DNA from: Camelus ferus
Lineage: Eukaryota
Reading direction: 5' to 3'
NCBI RefSeq assembly: GCF_009834535.1
Contig: NC_045696.1
Coordinates: 98,334,001 to 98,398,000, forward strand
DNA: 64,000 nt
Each line of letters begins with the position of its first letter. Position 1 is the stretch's first letter. This document shows positions 62,711 through 64,000 of this stretch, one piece after another. The position numbers and the translations under genes were made by a program. The notes below the pieces were generated by a model, which saw only the letters and a program-made list of their open reading frames with translations, had not been told where the DNA came from and did no database searches.

Positions 62711-64000
62711 TCAGGATGCTGGATGGGGAGGAAGTGAAATTATTTGGAGGAGCCTATTACTTCCTTGGGTTGAGGTCTACTGGGTGTAAGGGAAAGATTG
62801 CATCTAGTCAGAGGTAGCTTTAAGCACACCTTAAGGTGCAGGGAGATCTCACCAACATGAGCAGGACTGAGTAAAGAGCAGATCTTTGCTCCCTATCTCC
62901 CTTCTCAAACTTACATCAGGCACCCACTGTTTGAGAGGAAGGACAGATGGAGCCTCCGAGCTACATAAATTTAAATCATTCTCTCTCCCTGATTCTTTCC
63001 TCCTCTTTTGCATAGAGCACAGTGTTGAATTCTGAGAAGTTAAATGTTCCTATGAAATACTTTTATTACGTTGCACTTATTTTTCTTGTAGCTGTAAGCA
63101 TGTCTAGTATAAGTGCATTTAGAATTATGGTAGACTTCATGGCTATATTATTACACATTTGATAATATATGGTTATCTGTCAATCCTGGAAAATCCTCCT
63201 CCAGTCTTTTATTGGCAGACCATTTAGAAAAAATATATTCAGAGTTCCTTTATTGGTTGGGCTGTTCTATTATAAGAGCTTCTAGAGTCAATATGAGTTT
63301 AGGAGATGTTGCTGGGTTATCTGAGCGCTGGGCTTTTCACCACTCTAGCCAATGTGTTTAATAGGAACGGTATGAAACATACTGGGAATTAAAAAGCCAC
63401 AAATGGCCTTAACATCTTAAAAATTCTATAATGCTAATATGGATCCAGAAAGAGTTGGAGGTACTCCTTCAGGAACTGCAGGATGACTTAAAATTCCACG
63501 CACAACTCCCTTCTAGTTTTATAGTAAATGCTAGAAACCTCATAGACCAGAGAGAGGTGTTCTGAGTATGGACCATTTGTCTAGGTGCCTCAGAAAGAAA
63601 CGGCTTTATTAAATATGGAAGTACTTTGTAATAAAACTCGGGGTAGGAGAGGAGCATAACAAGGCCAGGGTTTTATTTCATATGGAATAATATCAAGGTC
63701 ATTAGTAGCAGAAAAGTAGAAGTTTGAGACTAAAGATGCTCTTTGGAGGAAATTAATCCCTATGGTGCCAAGATGTGATTGATTTTAGGCACTTTATAAT
63801 AAAATTAGCCACAGCCTGGAGTGAAAGAACATCACCATATTTTTTTTCTCCTCTCCCTCAACTCAGAGGTCACTCCTCTGCTACCGGGGGTGGGGGGTGG
63901 TGGAAAAAAACTGCAAATGTCTGGAAAACACCTCAGATGGAAAATGTATTTGTAAGACCAAAATCAGCACTGGGGGATGGATAGTCAATGTCCTGTGGGA

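Noticed and set aside
63885..63903. G-quadruplex
   Set aside because: Only two long G-runs plus GG dinucleotides
1..64000. CRISPR array, operon or other prokaryote-type or novel multi-gene system
   Set aside because: The sequence is mammalian; I saw no repeat-spacer array and no long intact ORF

Overview
AT-rich, CpG-depleted mammalian genomic DNA dominated by interspersed repeats: LINE-1 copies of several ages, L2, MIR, MaLR/ERVL LTRs, an ERVL pol/dUTPase relic, Tigger1 and hAT-Charlie transposons. Two tRNA-Ala-derived SINEs look like camelid Vic-1, and I see no Alu, BovB/Bov-tA, PRE or SINEC, so the source is probably alpaca, vicuna or camel (inference). I recognise no host protein-coding gene. 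The only ORFs with recognisable protein are broken L1 ORF2 and Tigger1 fragments. Unique stretches hold a few exon-like units with good splice signals (best 35362-35399, + strand), an RFX X-box and a CTCF-like site, so this may be intronic sequence of a large gene or lncRNA, but that is unproven. I found no novel biological system. The best observations concern retrotransposition scars: nested insertions, target-site duplications (TSDs), a fold-back 5' junction and three L1s truncated at nearly the same point. Subfamily names and boundaries are by eye from remembered consensus sequences and are approximate.
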